From Armatimonadota bacterium (GTDB taxonomy: Bacteria; Armatimonadota; Hebobacteria; CAIYQO01), in assembly GCA_038248345.1 (NCBI GenBank), contig JBBRXO010000001.1:58769-122768 (forward strand): 64,000 bases of DNA. Reading direction: 5' to 3'. Positions within the stretch are counted from its first letter, which is position 1; every line of letters begins with the position of its first letter. The translations under genes were made by a program, and so were the position numbers. The notes beneath the pieces are model-generated. The model ran no database searches. It saw only the letters and a program-made list of their open reading frames with translations, and was not told the DNA's origin. This document shows, piece by piece, positions 54,711 to 63,083 of the stretch.

Positions 54711-55976
54711 ATGAGGAAAATTATTATGCTCGCACTAGCATGCCTCTCAGTCACCGCGTCCTTTTCAGCAACCACCAGTTTCGCTGATTTCGATCGTCGG
54801 GCACGTGAAGGTGAACGCTTGAACGTGGTCTTTTTTGGAGCCTCACTTACCTGGGGCGCAAATGCCACCGATCAAGCTACTACCACTTATCGCGCGCAGG
54901 TTGGCGATATGTTTGAAAAAGCGTATCCCAAAGCACACTTCAAATTCTATGACGCGGCGATCGGGGGAACTGGTTCCCAACTGGGCGTTTTCCGCCTGAA
55001 TAGAGATGTCCTGCAGAAAAAACCTGATCTAGTTTTCTTGGATTTCAGCGCCAACGACGATATCTACTCTGATGATTTGCAAAGAATGGCTTCATACGAA
55101 TCACTGATACGTCGCATAATCCTCGAAGCCAAAGCGCCAGTCGTTCAGATGATTTTCCCCTTTGAATGGAATATCAAATCCGCAAAACTGGAAGATATGA
55201 AACGACGGACGGCACACATTGCATTGTCCAATGAATATCATACTGCGATGGGTGATGCTATTGAAGATCTACAGGGAATAGTAGCCAGAAAAGAAACAAC
55301 CATCGAGAAGATCTGGCCATATGACGGAGTTCACCCTGGCGATTATGGCTATACTTTATTTGCCCAAACCGCGTGGAAGGCTTACCAGAAAGCAGTAAAG
55401 GATAATCTTACCTCCATTGCACCAGAAAAAATGCACTTTGCTGATACCTATATGCAGTGGAACCGTGCGAAGATTTCCAGCATATATGCCGCAGATAAAC
55501 TGCCACGGGGATGGGCCGTCGGGCATCCGAGTCTGACTGCAGCATGGTATGATGGCTTGATGTCGCGCTGGTTAGATGATGAGACTATCGCAACAGGCGT
55601 AAATAACAAGGTAAATGCTGATGGTACCACGGTACCTGGCTTTATCGGCCCTGAGCGCTTGAAGGTGCTCATTCAAGGCAGTGTTCTCATGCTCTTTGGG
55701 GAAAAGACCATGGCGTCGGGTAATTACCGTGTATATATCGATGGCATACTCATGCCTGTTCCCGGACAGAGAGAACTGCGTACCGAGTTCTCCGCATCTT
55801 CACAGGTATTTGGCGGGAATGTACAATTAATCGACATGATCACCGATTCCCTTGATCCTACTGTGGAGCACGTATTGGAGATAGAACCTATGCTCACCCA
55901 GAAAAACAAGGAACTTCGTATCGAAAGCATCTGCGTGGCTGGTGGCCCAGCAACCGTAAAACCCTTCCAGTATTAA
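54711..55976 (+). CDS. Secreted SGNH/GDSL-family esterase with C-terminal beta-sandwich
   Basis: ORF track, 421 aa, with AGGAG SD and a signal peptide. Blocks VVFFGASLTWG, VFLDFSANDD and DGVHPGDYGYTLFA are present. Confidence 0.8.
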   Translation: MRKIIMLALACLSVTASFSATTSFADFDRRAREGERLNVVFFGASLTWGANATDQATTTYRAQVGDMFEKAYPKAHFKFYDAAIGGTGSQLGVFRLNRDVLQKKPDLVFLDFSANDDIYSDDLQRMASYESLIRRIILEAKAPVVQMIFPFEWNIKSAKLEDMKRRTAHIALSNEYHTAMGDAIEDLQGIVARKETTIEKIWPYDGVHPGDYGYTLFAQTAWKAYQKAVKDNLTSIAPEKMHFADTYMQWNRAKISSIYAADKLPRGWAVGHPSLTAAWYDGLMSRWLDDETIATGVNNKVNADGTTVPGFIGPERLKVLIQGSVLMLFGEKTMASGNYRVYIDGILMPVPGQRELRTEFSASSQVFGGNVQLIDMITDSLDPTVEHVLEIEPMLTQKNKELRIESICVAGGPATVKPFQY

Positions 55977-55999
55977 CCACACACAATACTGGAAACAAT

Positions 56000-56045
56000 A
56001 CAGCCTTTCTTCTGGCAATCTGCGAGTAGAAAGGCTGTTTTTGTT
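56000..56045 (+). terminator. Rho-independent terminator after SGNH esterase 54711..55976
   Basis: ACAGCCTTTCT (56000-56010) pairs perfectly with AGAAAGGCTGT (56028-56038), followed by TTTTTGTT. Confidence 0.8.
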
Positions 56046-56074
56046 ACGGTAATCCTAACGATAATTCACTACTG

Positions 56075-56686
56075 CTAGTCGTGAATTGCCGGCGGTAACC
56101 ACCCGAGCTCACGTAACTTGGAAAATATCTCACGTGCATAAACGAGTTCTCCACCGGGAGACAAGTGGACGCCATCTTCGGAGTTTCCTAACGTCTCTAA
56201 CGATTGTTTGGCTAGCGCTGCTCGCATGGGCGGCATCATATCGAGTACCGGCATGCTGAATTCATTTGCCGTCGCGGCGATGATGTCGTTATTATCTATC
56301 ACATGTTTCCATGCCGTTTGCGGATGTTGCGGATTCGGCAACAGGTGGTACTGCAGCAGCAAGACACGGCTTCCCTGCTGTTTGAGCGCGGTAAGGATTT
56401 GTCGTAGATTCTGCCTTGTATCATCGCTAGACAACGGGACACTGATCCCGCGATCATTGCCTCCTATCAGCAAAACGACAACATCCGGCTTTTCAGCCAG
56501 TACATCATCTGCCAGGCGCACCAGCACGTCACCACTGGTATTGCCCCCCACGCCCCTGTTTAGCACGGTTGCCTGTCCTGGTCCACTGTATGCCTCCAGC
56601 ATACAGTCAATAACATCGGAGAATTTCATATACTTGGTCAGATCCTTCCACCCAGTAATACTATCCCCCAGAAATAAGATTTTCAT
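56075..56686 (-). CDS. SGNH/GDSL-family esterase (cytoplasmic, 203 aa)
   Basis: ORF track. MKILFLGDSITGW, VVVLLIGGNDR and DGVHLSPGGELVYA are the SGNH blocks. Confidence 0.85.
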   Translation of the reverse strand: MKILFLGDSITGWKDLTKYMKFSDVIDCMLEAYSGPGQATVLNRGVGGNTSGDVLVRLADDVLAEKPDVVVLLIGGNDRGISVPLSSDDTRQNLRQILTALKQQGSRVLLLQYHLLPNPQHPQTAWKHVIDNNDIIAATANEFSMPVLDMMPPMRAALAKQSLETLGNSEDGVHLSPGGELVYAREIFSKLRELGWLPPAIHD

Positions 56687-56704
56687 ATCCCCGCCTTTCG
56701 TTGT

Positions 56705-56896
56705 TTAATCTAGAAATGCTGCGGAGAAATTCGCCAGACAATAGGAATCCCAGAAGGTCTCTGTCTGTGTCACTGTCACATCCACACCTTTGATAAATTT
56801 GAACTGCACGGCCCCACAATTGGCCGCAGGATCATCTACAGTATAGCGCATCGCTGCACAGTTACCAAATCGTGTGGTTCGTACAAGCGTCAGCAT
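56705..56896 (-). CDS. Small hypothetical protein (63 aa from ATG 56896)
   Basis: ORF track 56705..56923. I start at the ATG preceded by GGGAG (5-nt spacing). It lies between two operon genes, 18 nt upstream of the SGNH gene. No family recognised. Confidence 0.4.
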   Translation of the reverse strand: MLTLVRTTRFGNCAAMRYTVDDPAANCGAVQFKFIKGVDVTVTQTETFWDSYCLANFSAAFLD

Positions 56897-56922
56897 ATGC
56901 ACTCCCAACTCACCAAAACGCA

Positions 56923-58608
56923 CTAGCGCAATTTAGGATGCTCTATCTCTTCTGGGGTTGATATGAAAAAGCAATACTCTCGTGTCCAACTCTGGCTCTG
57001 TCCGGGCGGCAAAGAGATAGCAATAAAGACCTCAGGGCTTAAAATCCTCGACGTACAGAACAACGCAAAACGCGACCAGGCAAAACTGGTATGTTCCTGT
57101 ACTGATACACCTGTAGGCACATGCGTTATCTGCCACCAGCGCGCTGTATCGACGACATCAAAAGAGCCGGAACCTAGATAATCGGCATTTTTGGGCTGTG
57201 TCAGCCAAGTAAGCTGATTGCTCCCAAGCCGTTTCCAGGAGGCAGGGACTCTAGCGGGAGTTGTAAACGGCAAGGTTAGTCGCATATCCGGCCCGGTTCC
57301 AGCGCCGTTTATCGAGAGAATGTTATGACAATATTCATCTACCTCTAGCAGACGATCCCCGGTGTTTTCCATGGTGTAATTTATCGTTAAGCGATCATCA
57401 GCCACCTGTATCGTCTTACGCAGCTGGAAAGCGATGCCGTTGCAGGGCATCGGGTCTATGACAAAGTCAATTTTGTCATTAGCTACGACTGTCTGTATAT
57501 GGAATGGATCGACCTGATAAGGCTGGTAAAATTTATATCTCAATGCGTCTATCCGAGTGAGTAATCCCACTCCAGGTTTTACGAATTGGGCACCGGGTTT
57601 CGCTTCATTATAACCTACTGCCGTTTCGATACCGAATTCATTACATATCCCACTTCCGCCTTCTTCTGCAGGGTCTTCATTTTCCGACACACAGAAGCTA
57701 TGTTGGCCATCAAGCACGACTTGGGTGATAAATCCCGTCCAATCAAAGCGAGGTCCCCGGTAAACACTACCCGGTTCGGCAATAGTAACAGCAAGACGAT
57801 TTGTACGAAGAGTCCATTCCACAGGGCGCCCGACTCGTGTTCCAATATTGATGCTCGTGAAAGTCGCCTTTGCCCATTGTTCCGGATATAACTTCGCCTC
57901 GGTAGGTAAGTCCATGACACACGTTGGCCCAGAGCCAGTGCTACACCACCAGTAACTGGCGATATTGGTGGTACCTGCAGGATTAGCAAAGATCACTTGC
58001 GCATCGCAAGGGAAGGATGCATTTTCAGTTGGACTCACTCCCAGCGCTGTCCAGGGTACGGCCACCTCGGCAATATAGCCACCGGTTACTGGGCGAATCA
58101 CGGCACGTGCATCAGTGATGGCGGCGACTTCATCCATTGGAGAGGCACCCGCTGGTGAACGATAAGTGTATGGTTTCTTCACTACAGATTGTGGACGGAT
58201 AAGGACTACGGTTGCTTTCCCGTTCACCTGCGCGATTACCAGTCGCTGGTTAACCCCGGCACCATTGATAGGCCCCAAACACAGGCCGATGGCGTCGCCA
58301 CCCTTCATCAACTCCTGAAATACCGTCGTATTATTCGCTCCCTGCGTGGGACTTTGCACTTCATAGAGCAGATACAAACTGGTAGCGTCATAACCCAGGC
58401 GTACTGTAGCACATGGGCCTGACTTACCAGTTATACTATGACCAGTGGTATTCCCCGCCCAGTCTTCAGCTTGACCATTAATAGTTGGAGGGGTGGCCAT
58501 CTTTATGATCCGTAACGAGGAATCCCATGACCATCCCGCCAAACATGCCCACAGCAGGCATAATACCATCAGTGTTCCACGCCAGGCTGCTTGCAGATAC
58601 GTTTTCAT
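56923..58608 (-). CDS. Secreted protein: N-terminal CBM9/DOMON-like module fused to a ~300-aa domain paralogous to 58767..59702 (possibly galactose-mutarotase-like)
   Basis: ORF track 56923..58638 (GTG). I prefer ATG 58608, after AAGGAGAG, which gives the signal peptide MKTYLQAAWRGTLMVLCLLWACLAGW. PPTINGQAEDW...VRLGYDATSLYLLYEV...GGDAIGLCLG parallels the C-terminus of the 4289..7813 protein. The C-terminal 299 aa are about four-fifths identical by eye to the next gene. Confidence 0.8.
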   Translation of the reverse strand: MKTYLQAAWRGTLMVLCLLWACLAGWSWDSSLRIIKMATPPTINGQAEDWAGNTTGHSITGKSGPCATVRLGYDATSLYLLYEVQSPTQGANNTTVFQELMKGGDAIGLCLGPINGAGVNQRLVIAQVNGKATVVLIRPQSVVKKPYTYRSPAGASPMDEVAAITDARAVIRPVTGGYIAEVAVPWTALGVSPTENASFPCDAQVIFANPAGTTNIASYWWCSTGSGPTCVMDLPTEAKLYPEQWAKATFTSINIGTRVGRPVEWTLRTNRLAVTIAEPGSVYRGPRFDWTGFITQVVLDGQHSFCVSENEDPAEEGGSGICNEFGIETAVGYNEAKPGAQFVKPGVGLLTRIDALRYKFYQPYQVDPFHIQTVVANDKIDFVIDPMPCNGIAFQLRKTIQVADDRLTINYTMENTGDRLLEVDEYCHNILSINGAGTGPDMRLTLPFTTPARVPASWKRLGSNQLTWLTQPKNADYLGSGSFDVVDTARWWQITHVPTGVSVQEHTSFAWSRFALFCTSRILSPEVFIAISLPPGQSQSWTREYCFFISTPEEIEHPKLR

Positions 58609-59702
58609 AATCTCTCCTTCGTGCCTAAATACCTTCACACGGAATTTAGATAAAAACCTGATAAATTATCGGCAACAATGCGCATAATCTACTGGTTCTA
58701 TTGTATTTATAGCTCAATGAAGATACGCGCCGCTTATAGCCTGCGGTTTCATATCTTTTCTTTGGCTCACGCCACGGCGTATTCTGAAGTATCAATATAG
58801 CTATCTCGCAATTTAGGATACTCTATCTCTTCTGGGGCTGACATGAAAAAACAATACTCTCGCGTCCAACTCTGGCTCTGCCCGGGCGGCAAAGATATCA
58901 CAATAAAGGCCTCGGGGCTTAAAATCCTCGGTGTACAGAACAACGCAAAGCGTGACCAGGCAAAACTGGTCTGTTCCTGTACTGATACTCCTGTTGGCAC
59001 ATGCGTTACCTGCCACCAGCGCGCCGTGTCGTCGAGGTCAAAAGACTTGGAATCCAGATACTCGGCCTTTTCCGGCCGTGTCAGCCATGTGAGCTGATTG
59101 GTTCCAATTCGTCCTAAAGAGACAGGGACTGTAGCGGGGGTAGAAAACGGCAATGTTAGGCGCATCTCCGGCCCAGTGCCTGTGCCGTTTATCGAAAGAA
59201 AATTGTGGCTATATTCATCTATCTCTATCAAACGCTCGCCGGTGTTTTCTATGGTGTGTTGAATCGTTAAGCGATCATCAGCTACCTGTATCGTCTTGCG
59301 CTGCCGGAAAGCGATACCGTTGCAGAGTATGGGATCAATGACAAATTCAACTGTGTCATCAGTCACGGCAGTCTGTATATCGAAAGGATCAATCTGATAA
59401 GGCCGGAAAAAATTGTATTTCGATGCATCTGGCCGAGTGAGCAATCCAACTCCGGGTTTCACGAATTGGGCGCCGGGTTCCGTTTCATTATAACCTACCG
59501 CCGTTTCGATACCGAATTCATTACATAGCCCGTTTCCGCCTTCTTCTACATGGTCTTCATTCTCCGACACACAGAAGCTATGTCGGTCGTCAAGCACGAC
59601 TTGCGTGACAAATCCCGTCCAGTCAAAACGAGATCCCCGGTATACACTACCAGGTGTGGCAACGGTAACAGCAAGGCGATTGGTACGAAGAGTCCATTCC
59701 AT
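56926..59702 (-). repeat. Tandem gene-segment duplication (56926-57822 and 58806-59702)
   Basis: The two ~897-nt segments are colinear with no indels that I could see. There are many substitutions, and the encoded 299 aa are roughly four-fifths identical by eye. Confidence 0.85.
58767..59702 (-). CDS. Cytoplasmic paralog of the C-terminal domain of 56923..58608 (unknown function; galactose-mutarotase-like guess)
   Basis: ORF track 58767..59747. I prefer ATG 59702, after AGGAG (MEWTLRTNRLAV...). No signal peptide. DEYSHNFLSI and the C-terminal ILSPEAFIVISLPPGQSQSW are loosely reminiscent of the aldose-1-epimerase fold. Confidence 0.75.
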   Translation of the reverse strand: MEWTLRTNRLAVTVATPGSVYRGSRFDWTGFVTQVVLDDRHSFCVSENEDHVEEGGNGLCNEFGIETAVGYNETEPGAQFVKPGVGLLTRPDASKYNFFRPYQIDPFDIQTAVTDDTVEFVIDPILCNGIAFRQRKTIQVADDRLTIQHTIENTGERLIEIDEYSHNFLSINGTGTGPEMRLTLPFSTPATVPVSLGRIGTNQLTWLTRPEKAEYLDSKSFDLDDTARWWQVTHVPTGVSVQEQTSFAWSRFALFCTPRILSPEAFIVISLPPGQSQSWTREYCFFMSAPEEIEYPKLRDSYIDTSEYAVA

Positions 59703-59780
59703 AACATTTTCTCCTATTCTTCGGTTTGTTTTTAGCACGTCGAGCATCGCTCGTCAATAGCCAGGGCATTAAGAGCAGTT

Positions 59781-62700
59781 TTAACCCGCAGGCCAGGTGT
59801 GACAAACCGGAACCAAATCTACTGGCAACTTACCTTGCGCGTGTATTGATACTTCACGCATATCACCCGGCAGGAGTAGAAAAGCGTTCTCCTCCACCCG
59901 CCAATGGAAATCCCGGCGCGGATCGTCGCTCTGCGGTATGATATCACAGCCAACACAGGGGCCATCTCCGGTGTGGGTGATGCGCACAGTCCAATGAGCA
60001 GTGTCCGCCGTCTCACGCTCACAGGCAATTATCTCCAGATTCAGCTTTCCTGCCGGCAGGCGGCAAAGGGCGGCGAAGGGGTGGCGCATGGCATAGGAAT
60101 CGCCGCGCGGAGTAACAGCGCCAGTAGCGGCGAATTCCAACAGGTTAACCAGCAGACGACGCGCACTTGACCAGGCAAAGAAGTCAATCTCCTGATAATT
60201 CTGCCCGCCGTATGGGCCGCAGAAAGCGGTGACACGCCCGGCACCACGTTGGCAAGTGGCAATTGCCGGACGATCATCCACCTTGGCGATAATCTCACTC
60301 TCCGGCTTTGACTCAAAGATTATGGTGAGTCCCAATGCAGGTTTATCCTCGGCAGGGATATCCGCCCAGATCGGGTGTTCACCACATCGTTGTAATATGT
60401 GATCGCCGGTGGATGGTTCTTCGCTATTGCTATACGGCGCTACCGGGAAGGCTACTGGCAGTAACTCTTCCAGTGGGGACGCCTGCATTTCATCGACACG
60501 GAACATTCCACTCATGTAGGCCGAGCTATTATATCCGAGATATAGGAACGATGCCCCCGCTTCAACTGAATTACGCAATGATTGCCAGCAGGCCGGGGTG
60601 AGGGACGATATCGGATTCACCACTGGGCCCAAAACGATCAAATCGTAGTTATTGAAATCAACGTCAACTAACGGTGCCCGTTGCGTGATGACGCGATGAT
60701 CTATCTCGAATCCTGCCGCTGTGAAACAACTGAACCACACGGAGTCTTCGTAACAAACGCCATCCATGAATAAAGTGCGCAGCGGTTTTGCCGCCGGATC
60801 ACGTGGCAAGGAGAAGAGAGTGTAGTCATTCTCGACTCCCTCGCCCACCAGGCGAAGGAAAAATGCGCCTTCATCCGGTGCAGGTACCACGATATCACCC
60901 AGATAAGTTACGAGAGATGTAGCGGATCCGGTAAACACCTGGCTGGCGAGCAGACATCCTGATGCATCAAATACGCTGGCTGTCACGCTGACTTTCTCAC
61001 CATTCGGCGTGTCCGTATGCCAATGGATGCCCGCTTGCACAGGAGTGCCAGCAGCAAATAGATATCCCGATAGTCGCGCAGATACCAACTGTGGTGCGCA
61101 GGAGCGTCGCATCATCCAGAAAGAAGCCTTGCGTCGCAACGACTGATCAATCAAGCCCCAGTTAAAATCTACCCATGGTTCATTGAATTCCCAGATGTAA
61201 AAACCATTCATACATGGATGTTTGCGCCGATATTCTTCGGCCAGGTACTGATATCCGACAGCTTGCACCCATTGCGTACGACGAAGGGCATCGGCAGCAC
61301 CGGCAATATCTCCCGCGGGGCCGAACATTTCACAATATGCGCGCAGATGGTTAAAATAACCTTCGCATGGTTGACGATGTTGCCATGCCTCACCAAAGAG
61401 ATCTTCAACCTCCTCGCCAGTCATTACTTCGCGCAGACTGTCGAGGGACGGCATCGCCACAATTCCACATTCCGAGTTAAATGGCGCCTGGCTCGAGTTA
61501 TAGCGTCCGGCATGCCCGATATCGAAGAACCACGGCCCATGCACCTCTGGAGTGATAGGAGAACTATCACGGAAGAGCTGGTGTGCCCCGTTCTCCGCAG
61601 TTAGACGATTCATGAGGACGAATAATGGATCCGTGCGGCGATTCGCTTTAATCTGCAGTAGCTCATTACCGCCCTGGAGGCAGATTACTGCCGGATGCGG
61701 ATTAACCTGTTCTAATAACGCCCGCATCTCCTGCTCCAGGTGGCGCAGCAAAGCCAGACTCGGGGATCCATAACCGCCAAAATTTAAGAAATCATGTGCG
61801 ATCATCATACCCTGTAAATCTGCCTCTTCATACAAGCTTTCATCTAAAGCCAGTCCCCCACCCCAGACGCGCAAAGTAGTCAGGTTGGCGGCACGCGCCT
61901 CCCGCACTATTTCACGTTGAAACTCCGGGCTATAATCGGAAGGGAAGAGCGTAGGAGGAAGCAGTGCACCGCCGCGGATGAACAGTTCTTTCCCATTGAT
62001 CACCTGTTTGAGTTCATAATCACCATCTGGGTATGTTGCTGGCCAGTTATGTCCTGCCTCGGCGATGTACCGGTATCCCTTATAGTAATCCTGACTATAG
62101 GGGCCATTGTTTTCATATGGATGCCAGGCCAACAGCGACGGTGCAGCAGCAGCGGGGAAAGCCGCATTAGCTTGCATTTCCACATCACGGAATCCAGTGA
62201 GTACCCATGTACACACCCCGCCAACGGTGGCGGATAGCCGATAGCAGGAGGGGAATCCCTGATGAAATGGCTGCCAGCGTTGCACGGGAATGTCAGTGAA
62301 GGGTATACATACTTCACCAACACCTGCGGGAGCATCAACAGACAACGATGTTGTCTCGCCTGCAAAATTCTCCGGCACTAGCGCAAGCTGATACGATGCG
62401 GCACCCCAGGCAGGTACTGCCAGGCGAAGGCATACCCTGCCACTGACATTATCACCTTCTAGGGTGTACGCAATGTGCATTGACCGTACCATAGTATCAC
62501 GTGCGATAATAATCTCGGGGGCGATCGAAATGCCGCAATTAACGAGGAACGGGTTATGATCACCACCGAAACTGCAACACGATTTCGACACCAGAGGATT
62601 CTGTTTTGCTGGTGCCTCAAACTTAAACGGCGTTATGGTCGGATAAAGAGCTGACTCCGTAGCGCCAGGTACGGTATCCTCCGGCAAACAACAACGTAAA

Positions 62701-63083
62701 TGCAGTACCAGCGGACCATCACCATCAGGTAAAGGAAAAAGGTACTCCTGATTTAAACTTTCTACCGTACCAAGGCATGTCGATCCCCACCAGATTGAGC
62801 CAATCCCATCAACTCCACGAAGACGCAAAAAGGCGCGTTCACCAGCATGTAAAGCTGGGACTTTCACCGGAACAGCAAATTCCCATTCGCGAGTGATTAC
62901 CATATCGGAGAGGCGACTGTTTCGCGACAAACGGGGGTCTGGTGCGTATCCTCGTAAGAAAGTAACCTGGCGCACGTCCATCGGCAGCGAGACCGCTGTG
63001 GGGCCATCCCAGACAGCATCATCAGTAAGACGTGCGCGCACAGTCCAGTTATCGTCGAGTATGATAGGATCGTTGTAATGCAT
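59781..63083 (-). CDS. GH2 family glycoside hydrolase (beta-mannosidase/exo-glucosaminidase-like) with long C-terminal extension
   Basis: ORF track, 1100 aa. TLRVWGGGLALDESLYEEADLQGMMIAHDF resembles the GH2 TIM-barrel region. The C-terminal NYDLIVLGP...GASFLYLGY resembles the amidotransferase-like module of the GHL6-like proteins. The start ATG overlaps the stop of the upstream gene (TAATG, 63081-63085). Confidence 0.75.
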   Translation of the reverse strand: MHYNDPIILDDNWTVRARLTDDAVWDGPTAVSLPMDVRQVTFLRGYAPDPRLSRNSRLSDMVITREWEFAVPVKVPALHAGERAFLRLRGVDGIGSIWWGSTCLGTVESLNQEYLFPLPDGDGPLVLHLRCCLPEDTVPGATESALYPTITPFKFEAPAKQNPLVSKSCCSFGGDHNPFLVNCGISIAPEIIIARDTMVRSMHIAYTLEGDNVSGRVCLRLAVPAWGAASYQLALVPENFAGETTSLSVDAPAGVGEVCIPFTDIPVQRWQPFHQGFPSCYRLSATVGGVCTWVLTGFRDVEMQANAAFPAAAAPSLLAWHPYENNGPYSQDYYKGYRYIAEAGHNWPATYPDGDYELKQVINGKELFIRGGALLPPTLFPSDYSPEFQREIVREARAANLTTLRVWGGGLALDESLYEEADLQGMMIAHDFLNFGGYGSPSLALLRHLEQEMRALLEQVNPHPAVICLQGGNELLQIKANRRTDPLFVLMNRLTAENGAHQLFRDSSPITPEVHGPWFFDIGHAGRYNSSQAPFNSECGIVAMPSLDSLREVMTGEEVEDLFGEAWQHRQPCEGYFNHLRAYCEMFGPAGDIAGAADALRRTQWVQAVGYQYLAEEYRRKHPCMNGFYIWEFNEPWVDFNWGLIDQSLRRKASFWMMRRSCAPQLVSARLSGYLFAAGTPVQAGIHWHTDTPNGEKVSVTASVFDASGCLLASQVFTGSATSLVTYLGDIVVPAPDEGAFFLRLVGEGVENDYTLFSLPRDPAAKPLRTLFMDGVCYEDSVWFSCFTAAGFEIDHRVITQRAPLVDVDFNNYDLIVLGPVVNPISSLTPACWQSLRNSVEAGASFLYLGYNSSAYMSGMFRVDEMQASPLEELLPVAFPVAPYSNSEEPSTGDHILQRCGEHPIWADIPAEDKPALGLTIIFESKPESEIIAKVDDRPAIATCQRGAGRVTAFCGPYGGQNYQEIDFFAWSSARRLLVNLLEFAATGAVTPRGDSYAMRHPFAALCRLPAGKLNLEIIACERETADTAHWTVRITHTGDGPCVGCDIIPQSDDPRRDFHWRVEENAFLLLPGDMREVSIHAQGKLPVDLVPVCHTWPAG

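Noticed and set aside
54526-54711. 61-aa minus-strand ORF with a hydrophobic N-terminus in the divergent promoter region
   Set aside because: It lies across the predicted promoter and 5' UTR of the esterase gene, has no SD, and sits in AT-rich sequence where chance ORFs are common.
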